Source of the DNA: a virus
IMG/VR virus record: IMGVR_UViG_3300032053_000013
Coordinates: 58,286 to 122,285 of that record
Direction: 5' to 3' (one strand)
DNA length: 64,000 nt
The translations under genes were made by a program, and so were the position numbers. A model generated the notes under the pieces. That model was given only the letters and a program-made list of their open reading frames with translations, was not told the DNA's origin and did no database searches. Positions 44,833-53,217 of this stretch are shown here, piece after piece (within the stretch, counting starts at the first letter, position 1; the number at the start of each line of letters is the position of its first letter).

Positions 44833-47040
44833 ATGCCAGAGGACCGGAAGGTAGGCGACGCCAAGGGGAGGCTCCTCACCCTCCTGCGTAAGGGGGGCGG
44901 CGACGAGGGCCTCCGCTCGCTCCTGGAGTCGGACCCGTCCGCGGTCGAGGCCGCGGCCAGGCGAGACGAGGCGAGGAGGAAGAAGATGACCAGCATCGAC
45001 GACGCGGTGTCGGCGCTCAGGAAGGCGGAGTTCTTCTCGCTCGACCTGGAGACGGACGGGCCGTCGAAGGCCGAGGCCACGGACCCCCTCCGGGGGAGGA
45101 TCGTGGGGGTCTCGTTCGCGGCCGGGTTCGAGCCGGGGAAGTCGTGGTGGTTCCCGTTCGACGGGGGGGCGTCCGCTGGGGAGCAGGTCTTTTCCATGGT
45201 CGAGGTGTTCCGGGCGGTCCAGCCCGTCCTGCTCGACCCCGCCAAGACCCTCATCGGGTCCAACTGCAAGTTCGACATCATGTTCCTGAAGGCCAACGGG
45301 GTCGAGGTCCGCAACAGGCTGTTCGACACCGTGGTGGCCGACTGGATGATGGACGAGAACAACAAGAGGCACGGCCTGAAGGAGATCGTCAAGAGGGAGT
45401 TCGACGTCGACCTGGAGAAGTTCACGACGGCGTGGGCGTCGAGGGACCTCGTCCAGGGCAGCCGGTTCGCGGAGTACGCGGTGAACGACGCGAGGTACGC
45501 CTTCCGGGTGTGGGAGAGGGTCCACGCGCCGTTCCTGAACAAGGAGAGCAAGAGGGGGAAGGACGGGGGGGTGACCACCCCGGGGCACGAGAAGATCAGG
45601 AAGCTCTTCACCGAGGTCGAGATGGAGATCGTCAGGATCTTCATGGAGGCCGAGATGGAGGGCGTCTGCCTCGACCTGAAGTACATCGCGGCCCTCAAGG
45701 AGAGGATGGAGAAGGCGAAGGAGGAGGCGGCCCAGAGGGCCTTCGCGGCGGTCGGGCGCTCCTTCAAGATCAGCTCCCCCGAGGAGGTGAGCGTCATCCT
45801 CTTCGGGGCGCCGTCGGAGGACGCGCTCCGCGCCGCCATGGCGTCGAGGGACAAGAGGAAGCCCAAGGCGGCGAAGAGGGACCTGGTCGCGAAGTTCAAC
45901 ACCAAGGGCCTGTTCGAGGCCCCGAAGGGGCTCCTGCCGGTCCCGCTCGGACGGGACGGGCACCAGGCCATACCGGGGGACAACGGGTTCTACTCCACCG
46001 ACGACTCGATCCTGGCCGGGTACGACCACCCGTTCGTCAAGGCGCTGCTCGACTACCGGGCCGCGAGCCAGACGCTCAAGTTCTTCGTGTACGCCTACGT
46101 CGGCGGTGACCCGGAGAACGACAAGAAGATGGGGGTGGCCCGCGACGGGAGGGTGCACCCCGATTTCCATCAGGCCGGGACGATCGCCGGGCGGTTCACC
46201 TGCTCCGAGCCCAACCTCCAGCAGATCGACACCGAGAAGGGCCTGGTCAAGCCCATGTTCGTCCCTCCCCCCGGGCACAAGTTCGTGTGCGGAGACTTCA
46301 ACCAGCTCCAGTTCCGGCTGGCCGGGCACTACGCGAAGAGCTGGTTCGGGAAGTCGAACATCGCGGACGCCTACGCCCTGGGGTCCGACCTCCACGACAG
46401 GACGATGAGGGACCTCGGGTTCGACAAGACGATCCCGGACAAGAAGGCGGCCCGGAAGGAGGCCAAGGGGGTGAACTTCGCGTTCATCTTCGGGAGGGGG
46501 GCCAAGTCGTTCGCCGAGGCGAAGAGGCGCCCACCGGCCGAGGCCAACAAGTTCTACAACGGGTTCCACAAGTCGTACCCCGAGATCCGGTGGTGCTCGG
46601 ACAAGTGCCGCAGGGACCTCTGCGAGAAGGGCTACGTGGAGTCGATCCTCGGCAGGCGGCGCAACTACCCGCAGCACAAGGGCAAGGACCCCGACGCGTA
46701 CGAGAAGAAGGAGTCGGACGGCGGCCCCAGGAGCAACCTCTGGTGGGACGGGTGGGTGGCGTGGAACGCGGTGGTCCAGGGCGCTGAGTCCGACCTGGTG
46801 CGACTCGTCATGAGGAACATCTACCGCGAGATCCTGGAGCGGCGGAAGGCGGACCCGAGGTGGGACACGGTCAAGATGCTCATCCAGGTCCACGACGAGA
46901 TCGTCTACCAGGCACCCGACGAGATCGCCAAGGACGTGGCGGAACTGATGCGCGACAAGGCGGCGAACTCCCTGGCGCTGAAGGTACCCATGATCCTCGA
47001 CATCGGCATCGGGAGCACGTGGGAGGAGGCCAAGCAGTGA
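44833..47040 (+). CDS. polA: Family A DNA polymerase with 3'-5' exonuclease
   Basis: ExoI DLETD, ExoII NCKFD, ExoIII YAVND; motif A DFNQLQFR, B RKEAKGVNF, C VHDE. Confidence 0.95.
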   Translation: MPEDRKVGDAKGRLLTLLRKGGGDEGLRSLLESDPSAVEAAARRDEARRKKMTSIDDAVSALRKAEFFSLDLETDGPSKAEATDPLRGRIVGVSFAAGFEPGKSWWFPFDGGASAGEQVFSMVEVFRAVQPVLLDPAKTLIGSNCKFDIMFLKANGVEVRNRLFDTVVADWMMDENNKRHGLKEIVKREFDVDLEKFTTAWASRDLVQGSRFAEYAVNDARYAFRVWERVHAPFLNKESKRGKDGGVTTPGHEKIRKLFTEVEMEIVRIFMEAEMEGVCLDLKYIAALKERMEKAKEEAAQRAFAAVGRSFKISSPEEVSVILFGAPSEDALRAAMASRDKRKPKAAKRDLVAKFNTKGLFEAPKGLLPVPLGRDGHQAIPGDNGFYSTDDSILAGYDHPFVKALLDYRAASQTLKFFVYAYVGGDPENDKKMGVARDGRVHPDFHQAGTIAGRFTCSEPNLQQIDTEKGLVKPMFVPPPGHKFVCGDFNQLQFRLAGHYAKSWFGKSNIADAYALGSDLHDRTMRDLGFDKTIPDKKAARKEAKGVNFAFIFGRGAKSFAEAKRRPPAEANKFYNGFHKSYPEIRWCSDKCRRDLCEKGYVESILGRRRNYPQHKGKDPDAYEKKESDGGPRSNLWWDGWVAWNAVVQGAESDLVRLVMRNIYREILERRKADPRWDTVKMLIQVHDEIVYQAPDEIAKDVAELMRDKAANSLALKVPMILDIGIGSTWEEAKQ

Positions 47041-47489
47041 GACTCTACGAGATCATAAATCCGAGCGACCCGTACTTCCTGGAGGCCGAGGACTTCAAGG
47101 AGGCGGCCGTCGCGGTGCTGATGCTGAGCCCGAGGCTCGGGCTGGAGGAGGTGGGGGAGGGCGGCGCGAGCATGCCGGTGTTCATCTTCGGCGGGATGGA
47201 GAAGTGGCTGGATGCCAACGTCTGCCCGGTGAAGGACATCGACAGGTTCATGGAGGGCCACGCCGGGGGGATCGCGGCTGCCCTGGAGAGCGTTCTCATC
47301 GGGAAGCCGGGGGAGCGGAAGGTGTTCGAGGCCGCGATGGGGGCGATCGACGACCCGAAGAAGCGCGAGGACTTCCGCCTGAAGTGGCACGAGGGGAAGC
47401 GATCGAGCCTGAACAACATCGGGGCGGAGGCCTGGGACCTGGCGAGGCGCATCAGGGCGAAGATGCAGAAGGTGGGGAGTGGACAGTAA
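47037..47489 (+). CDS. Hypothetical protein
   Basis: GTGA overlap. Confidence 0.65.
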   Translation: MRLYEIINPSDPYFLEAEDFKEAAVAVLMLSPRLGLEEVGEGGASMPVFIFGGMEKWLDANVCPVKDIDRFMEGHAGGIAAALESVLIGKPGERKVFEAAMGAIDDPKKREDFRLKWHEGKRSSLNNIGAEAWDLARRIRAKMQKVGSGQ

Positions 47490-47991
47490 GCCTGACGATC
47501 CGGTCCTCGTGGCGTCGAGGATGGGAATGCTACAGGAGCCGTCGGAGGAGTTCCTCGATGCCTTCAGGGAGGGCAGCTCGGGGATGGTCGTCGACTGCGA
47601 GTTCTGCGGGCGGGTGTACTTCGCCACGCGGGATTGCGGGGACTACGACGAGGGGGAGCTGGAGGACCTCCGGGCGCGCGCCGCTAAGGAGCCCGACAAG
47701 TACATCGAGGTGGACTACTTCACCACGCGGGTCTCGGTCGACGGGAAGGGCTACGCCGATGGTTGCAGGTGCAACATGGTCCGGCGGTACGAGGACTGGA
47801 TCTGGGCGAACCGCAGGGGGATCCTCGCGTACCTCCAGTCCAGGACGGAGCGGAGGCTCAAGGAGGCGACGGAGGAGGCCGACTCGATGCGGGCCGTCAT
47901 GGCCGTGGTGAAGGGATCGGAAACGGAGGAGGAGGCGGAGAGGAAGGTGCTCCGCGACCTCCTGAGGAAGTACCCGAGGGAGGGGGGTTAG
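47479..47991 (+). CDS. Hypothetical protein (Cys motifs)
   Basis: CEFCGRVYF, CRC. Confidence 0.65.
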   Translation: MDSKPDDPVLVASRMGMLQEPSEEFLDAFREGSSGMVVDCEFCGRVYFATRDCGDYDEGELEDLRARAAKEPDKYIEVDYFTTRVSVDGKGYADGCRCNMVRRYEDWIWANRRGILAYLQSRTERRLKEATEEADSMRAVMAVVKGSETEEEAERKVLRDLLRKYPREGG

Positions 47992-47993
47992 GG

Positions 47994-49382
47994 ATGAGGA
48001 AGGTCGGTGCGTCGTACACGACGGACGAGGTTGGCGCGGCGGACCGCCTCGTCAAGAAGGACCTCGTCCTGAAGCAGCGGGGCGGCGAGGACTACGGGTT
48101 CGCCCCCGGCCAGAGGATCGTCCTCTACCGCGAGGGCCTGTTCGGCGTCGAGGTGCCGAGGGCCTACGGCCGGAGGGAGTTCGGGCCGCCGACCGTGGAC
48201 GAGACCGTCCAGGCGCCGATCCAGCCCTTCGCCTTCACCAGGGGGCTCCGGCCCGAGCAGCCGCCCCTCGTCGACGGATTCCTGGGCAGGGTCAGGGCGG
48301 GGAGGGGCACCGACGCCTACGGGGGGATCTTCAACGCCCCGTGCGGGACGGGCAAGACGGTCATGGCGGTCAAGATGCTGTCCGAGCTGGGGCAGGCCGC
48401 CGTCGTCCTCGTCCACACCGGGGCCCTGATGAAGCAGTGGCAGGACGAGCTCCTGAAGTTCACGGACCTGAGGCCGGACCAGGTCGGGCGCGTCCAGCAG
48501 GACGAGTGCGACTGGCGGGGGAAGTCCGTGGTGGTGGCGATGATCGAGTCCCTCTCACGCCGGGAGTACGAGCCGGACATGTACCGGGCGTTCGGCGTGG
48601 CGGTGTTCGACGAGGTCCACCGGCACGCGGCGGCGACCTGGCACAAGGTGATTTCCATGTTCCCCGCGAGGGTGCGGATCGGCCTGTCGGCTACCCCCCG
48701 CCGGTCGGACGGGCTGTGGAAGATCATCAAGATGCACGTGGGGGAGGTGCTGGCGGAGGGGAGCGTGGGGGGGACCGCGAGGGTCTTCCGGGTCATGACG
48801 GGCGTCGGCGTCCCGTCGGGCCGGTACATCTGGGGCGGGACGACCTACCTCGGGGCCCTCCTCAAGGCCCTCACCAAGGTCCCGGCGAGGAACGAGATGA
48901 TCGTGGGCGAGGTGGTCAAGGCCTTGGGCGCCGGGAGGCGGGTGCTGGTCCTCTCCGACCGCCTGGCGCACCTCGACGAGATCGAGCGCCTTTATAAGGA
49001 GAGGCTCCCCAAGGAGGAGAGGATGGCCGCGGAGATGTCGGGCGACACATCCGTCCTCGGCATCGGGCGGTACGTCGGGGGGACCTCCGACGCGGGCCTG
49101 GAGAGCGCCAGGAGGTGCAGGCTCCTGCTCGGGACGTTCCAGTACGCGAAGGAGGGCCTGGACGACCCCGGCCTCGACACCCTCATGCTCACGGTCCCCA
49201 AGGGCGACGTGGAGCAGCCGATAGGCCGGATCCTGCGCCAGGTGGAGGGGAAGAGGGAGCCCATCGTGATCGACTTCGTGGACGACAAGACCGAGCTGTG
49301 CGCCCAGTTCGCCGAGAAGAGGCTGCGGCAGTACGGGAGGCTCGGGTACGACGTCTCCGAGATCGCGGGGAAAACCCGTTGA
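47994..49382 (+). CDS. SF2 DExH helicase (ResIII/UvsW-like)
   Basis: APCGTGKT, FDEVH, LSATP, QPIGRILR. Confidence 0.92.
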   Translation: MRKVGASYTTDEVGAADRLVKKDLVLKQRGGEDYGFAPGQRIVLYREGLFGVEVPRAYGRREFGPPTVDETVQAPIQPFAFTRGLRPEQPPLVDGFLGRVRAGRGTDAYGGIFNAPCGTGKTVMAVKMLSELGQAAVVLVHTGALMKQWQDELLKFTDLRPDQVGRVQQDECDWRGKSVVVAMIESLSRREYEPDMYRAFGVAVFDEVHRHAAATWHKVISMFPARVRIGLSATPRRSDGLWKIIKMHVGEVLAEGSVGGTARVFRVMTGVGVPSGRYIWGGTTYLGALLKALTKVPARNEMIVGEVVKALGAGRRVLVLSDRLAHLDEIERLYKERLPKEERMAAEMSGDTSVLGIGRYVGGTSDAGLESARRCRLLLGTFQYAKEGLDDPGLDTLMLTVPKGDVEQPIGRILRQVEGKREPIVIDFVDDKTELCAQFAEKRLRQYGRLGYDVSEIAGKTR

Positions 49383-49406
49383 CGAAGGGCAGAAAAGACA
49401 TATAAT
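49379..49406 (+). promoter_or_regulatory. Phage consensus promoter TTGACG-N16-TATAAT
   Basis: Overlaps helicase stop. Confidence 0.85.
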
Positions 49407-49435
49407 AATGGCGTAGGATATTGGAGGTGGGTCCT

Positions 49436-49906
49436 ATGCCAGAGGACATGGTGCGGGAGTACCAGAGGAAGTATTACGTGGAGCACCGGGGGGAGATCAG
49501 CCAGCGGAAGCGGGACCGGTACGCCGGGGACCCGTCCGTGCGGGAGACCGCGCGGAAGAAGGCGATGGAGAGGTACCTCGAGGGCCGAGTGCCCGGGGAG
49601 AGGAAGGTCCGCAAGTACAACCACCCCCGCGTGGTCCTCGTGGGCGGGAAGACCGTGCTCTACTACTGCGTCGGGGAGTTCGCCGACGGTGTCGGGCGGA
49701 ACGTCCAGACCATCACGCAGTGGGAGGACAAGAAGGTGATCCCGGCCCCCACGATGGTGGACCGGGTGGGCAGGCGGTGGTACTCCGAGGTGCACATGGA
49801 CGCCGTCGCCGACGCGGTGGAGAAGTACGACAAGGGGGGGAGGCGGAGCCTCTCCGTCCTGAAGCAGATCGTGGGGGAGGAGTTCGAGAGACAGGTGAGA
49901 GTCTGA
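49436..49906 (+). CDS. MerR-type HTH DNA-binding protein
   Basis: YCVGEFA..VGRNVQTITQWE...IPAP...GRRWYS. Confidence 0.7.
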   Translation: MPEDMVREYQRKYYVEHRGEISQRKRDRYAGDPSVRETARKKAMERYLEGRVPGERKVRKYNHPRVVLVGGKTVLYYCVGEFADGVGRNVQTITQWEDKKVIPAPTMVDRVGRRWYSEVHMDAVADAVEKYDKGGRRSLSVLKQIVGEEFERQVRV

Positions 49907-49935
49907 GAAGGGGGAGGTTCCCCGAAGGAGGACAG

Positions 49936-50340
49936 GTGAAGCCGAGCGGACACGAGCGGAAGGTCGCGGAGGCGGAGGCCAAGGCGGTGGCGGAGGGGTC
50001 GGACGACGGGTTCGAGTGGGTGGTCAGCACCAAGGACCGAATCCTGGGGCGCGGCGAGAAGGAGACCGTCTCCGAGAAGACCGAGGAGCGGCTCATCAAG
50101 GTCGGCCTCTTCAAGACGGCCACGGCCCAGGTCATCCAGAAGAAGGGGCTCACGATCAACCTGGGCAACTTCGAGAGCGCCCGCGTGGACGTGGGGTACG
50201 CCATGCCCTGCTACGTCGAGGAGGTCAAGGAGATCGAGGGGCTGGTCAACGACATGATCGAGGAGAGGCTCCAGAAGGAGGTCGTCGAGGTCCGCGGCAA
50301 GGACATCAGGCCCGGCTTCGAGGAGAAGCGCAAGCCGTAG
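49936..50340 (+). CDS. Hypothetical protein
   Basis: AAGGAGG RBS; TINLGNFESARVDV. Confidence 0.65.
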   Translation: MKPSGHERKVAEAEAKAVAEGSDDGFEWVVSTKDRILGRGEKETVSEKTEERLIKVGLFKTATAQVIQKKGLTINLGNFESARVDVGYAMPCYVEEVKEIEGLVNDMIEERLQKEVVEVRGKDIRPGFEEKRKP

Positions 50341-50404
50341 CCGAGGCATGGGCGAGAGCGGGCCCCCGCCTGTCCGGCGGGGGTCCTGTCTTTGGAGGTG
50401 GACC

Positions 50405-51664
50405 ATGAGCCAGCTCAACGAGCTGTTCGACCGCATCAGGAAGAAGCACGGGAAGATGAGCGTCGGCATCGCGTCCGACCTCGTGGACGACATCCCCCGC
50501 ATCCCCACCGGGATCTTCTGGCTCGACGCGGACACCGGGGGAGGGATTCCCATCGGCAGGACCACCGAGGTCGTCGGGCTCAAGTCGTCGGGGAAGTCCT
50601 CCCTCATGGCGAAGGTGGTGGCGAGCGCCCAGCGCCTCTGCCGCAGGTGCTTCGGGCCGATCACGGAGTGGGAGGAGGAGAAGCGCGAGCGGAAGGTGAC
50701 CAGGGTCGACCCCCAGACCGGGGAGATCACCAAGGTCAAGGAGACCTACACGGCGAGGGTCGCGAAGGACTGCGCCAGCAAGTGCCGGGACGCCGCCAAT
50801 AAGAAGGTCCATCCCGGCCGGATGGTCGTCCTGTGGGTGGACAGTGAGGGCACGTTCACGCCCGACTTCTACACGCACTTCGGGGTGGACTGCGACGACC
50901 TGCACCTGTCGAGGCCGGAGACGGGCGAGGAGGCCGTGGACCTCGTGGACGCGGCCATCAGGACCGCCGAGGTCGACCTGATCGTCGTGGACTCGATCGC
51001 GGCCATGACCCCGAGCGTCGAGCGCGAGGCGTCGGCCAACGACCTCCAGGTCGGGCTACAGGCCCGGATGGTGAACAAGGGCCTCCGGGTGTGGACGGCG
51101 AGCCTCAACGAGAGGGACGCCCACGGGGAGACCAACTGCACCATCCTGCTTGTGAACCAGCTCAGGATGAAGATCGCCGCCTTCTACACCGGGTACACGA
51201 AGCCGGGCGGAGTCGGGCAGGAGTTCGCCACCAGCGTCGAGGTCACGCTCAAGCAGAAGGACTACCAGTACGACCAGAAGGGCGCCCCGATCTGGGAGGA
51301 GATCGAGTACTTCGTCGAGAAGAACAAGGTCGGGCGGCCGAAGCAGGGCGGGAAGTACCAGATGTGCCTCACGAGGCACCCGGCCTTCCCCGGGGTCCCC
51401 GAGGTGTGGAGGGAGCCGGGCGACGTCTGGGACGACGCGACCGTCGTCGGCGTCGGGACGGACCACGGGTTCATCCAGGAGGAGAAGGACGGGGTCGTCC
51501 TCTTCGGGCAGAAGTTCCCGAGCGCGGCGGCGCTCCAGATGGAGATGTTCAAGAGGGGCGACCTGTACTGGCGGGCGAGGAACGCCCTGATCCAGACGAT
51601 CATCAACGCCCCGAGCGACGGGAAGCTCAAGGAGAAGAAGGCGAAGAAGGACAAGGAGGAGTGA
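50405..51664 (+). CDS. recA: RecA/UvsX-like recombinase with Cys-containing insertion
   Basis: IPTG...LD..GGGIP.GR..E..GLKSSGKS, VDSEG, LIVVDSIAA, NQLR, GG..EF. Confidence 0.92.
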   Translation: MSQLNELFDRIRKKHGKMSVGIASDLVDDIPRIPTGIFWLDADTGGGIPIGRTTEVVGLKSSGKSSLMAKVVASAQRLCRRCFGPITEWEEEKRERKVTRVDPQTGEITKVKETYTARVAKDCASKCRDAANKKVHPGRMVVLWVDSEGTFTPDFYTHFGVDCDDLHLSRPETGEEAVDLVDAAIRTAEVDLIVVDSIAAMTPSVEREASANDLQVGLQARMVNKGLRVWTASLNERDAHGETNCTILLVNQLRMKIAAFYTGYTKPGGVGQEFATSVEVTLKQKDYQYDQKGAPIWEEIEYFVEKNKVGRPKQGGKYQMCLTRHPAFPGVPEVWREPGDVWDDATVVGVGTDHGFIQEEKDGVVLFGQKFPSAAALQMEMFKRGDLYWRARNALIQTIINAPSDGKLKEKKAKKDKEE

Positions 51665-51667
51665 CCG

Positions 51668-52000
51668 GTGGCGAGGTCGCGGGGGTCGGTCCAGAGGCTG
51701 AAGGACCGGGCCAAGGTCCTCGCGGCAAGGGTCAGGATCCTGGAGGAGGAGAACTCCGCCCTGAGGGTCATGGCGGAGATGGTCGGCGCCGGGGTAAAGG
51801 GGCAGTCGGTGTCGAGGAGGCCGCGACCGAGGCGCCCCCTCGACGGGATGGTGGACTGCCTGGTGGGGAGGGTCGACTTCCCGCTCCCGAGGGGGTGGGT
51901 CGTGGAGAACAACGGGGTCATGGCCGCGTACACCGTCGAGAGGCACGGGCAGAAGTACGCGGAGGTGAAGGTCGTCAGAATGGAGGAGGACAATGCCTGA
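51668..52000 (+). CDS. Hypothetical protein
   Basis: Fills operon gap. Confidence 0.55.
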   Translation: MARSRGSVQRLKDRAKVLAARVRILEEENSALRVMAEMVGAGVKGQSVSRRPRPRRPLDGMVDCLVGRVDFPLPRGWVVENNGVMAAYTVERHGQKYAEVKVVRMEEDNA

Positions 52001-52229
52001 CAAGAGAGTGTCCACGGAGGACGTCGAGCGGTACAAGCGGTGGGCCATGATCCGGTTCCGGGCCATGCTCCGGGGCAGGCGGGTCACGGAGCAGGTCGAG
52101 CGGTGGCTGGCCGGGGAGCTGGGGCCAGAGTACCGGTTCCAGATCGAGTTCTCCTTCAACGAGGACGCGGCCAGCTTCGTGTCCAACCCGGCGAACGCCG
52201 AGAAGCTGGCCAAGGAGAATCTCACGTAG
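51993..52229 (+). CDS. Hypothetical protein
   Basis: GGAGGA RBS. Confidence 0.65.
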   Translation: MPDKRVSTEDVERYKRWAMIRFRAMLRGRRVTEQVERWLAGELGPEYRFQIEFSFNEDAASFVSNPANAEKLAKENLT

Positions 52230-52238
52230 GGGGTTCCC

Positions 52239-52748
52239 ATGCCGCCGAAGCCGCCCGAGAAGACGGACGCGAGGGTCGTGGTCTGGTTCGACCACCCGAG
52301 GGACTGCCTGTGCTTCGCCACGAGGGTGGGGCTGGAGATGGGGGAGGAGATCCCGCCAGACAGGGTCGTGAGGATCCCGCTGAAGCTCGGGGAGGGCTTC
52401 CTCGACGCCGTCATGAACGCCGCCGTGAGCGCGGCCATCATGGGGGAGGGGGATAACGACTACAACAAGGTGCTCTACGGGGTCCAGAAGCTCCTCGACT
52501 CGCGGATGATCCAGGCCATCGACCTCGCCGAGACACTGCGGGAGCAGCGGAGGAAGTCCTCCGGGGGCGGGGTGGTGGACAGGATCAACGAGATGGTGGC
52601 GGTGCCCGCGTCGGAGTTCGTGAGGCTGGAGCGGCTGAGGGAGGCGGTGGTCGGGAGGGTAAAGTCCGTGGAGACCGACGGGGACGAGATGGGGATCGTG
52701 AGGGATCTGGACGGGTGGCTGGAGGAGAACGGCTTCTATGAATCCTGA
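52239..52748 (+). CDS. Hypothetical protein
   Basis: GC3-rich frame. Confidence 0.65.
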   Translation: MPPKPPEKTDARVVVWFDHPRDCLCFATRVGLEMGEEIPPDRVVRIPLKLGEGFLDAVMNAAVSAAIMGEGDNDYNKVLYGVQKLLDSRMIQAIDLAETLREQRRKSSGGGVVDRINEMVAVPASEFVRLERLREAVVGRVKSVETDGDEMGIVRDLDGWLEENGFYES

Positions 52749-53217
52749 CCGCTACGGCAGCGAGAAGGCGGAGCCGGGGTTCGGCAAGAGGCGGCGCAGG
52801 CGCCGGTCGGCCCCGAGGGAGAAGTTCTCCGCCCCGATCCCGCAGGACGTGAGCTCCGAGCAGGAGGAGAGGGTCGCCAGGAGGGTGGGAGGGGAGCGCG
52901 TCGCGGCGAGCGGGGCCGGGCGCATCCCCCCGAGCGCCGGGCCCTGCATTCCGGGCAGGAGGTCCGGGGGGAAGGGCGACGTGTCGCACGACCTGGCCCT
53001 GGTCGAGTGCAAGACCACCCTGAAGGCCTCGATTTCCATCAAGAGGGACTACCTCGTGAAGATCTCCAGGGAGGCGTCCGACGTCCACAAGACGCCCGCC
53101 CTGGTGGTGTCCTTCACGGGGATGCCCCGCGGGGTGGAGCGGGACTGGGCGGTCGTCCCGCTGCCGGTGGCGAAGTCCATGCTCGGGCTGGGCGGCGATG
53201 ACGAAACGGTGAAATGA
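52738..53217 (+). CDS. PD-(D/E)XK nuclease, Holliday junction resolvase-like
   Basis: EERVA..ASG..KGDV..LVECKTT. Confidence 0.72.
   Translation: MNPDRYGSEKAEPGFGKRRRRRRSAPREKFSAPIPQDVSSEQEERVARRVGGERVAASGAGRIPPSAGPCIPGRRSGGKGDVSHDLALVECKTTLKASISIKRDYLVKISREASDVHKTPALVVSFTGMPRGVERDWAVVPLPVAKSMLGLGGDDETVK

Noticed and set aside
37733-51664. Inteins in NrdJ, DnaB, PolA or RecA
   Set aside because: Catalytic motifs are contiguous and no C1/His-Asn splice signatures were seen.
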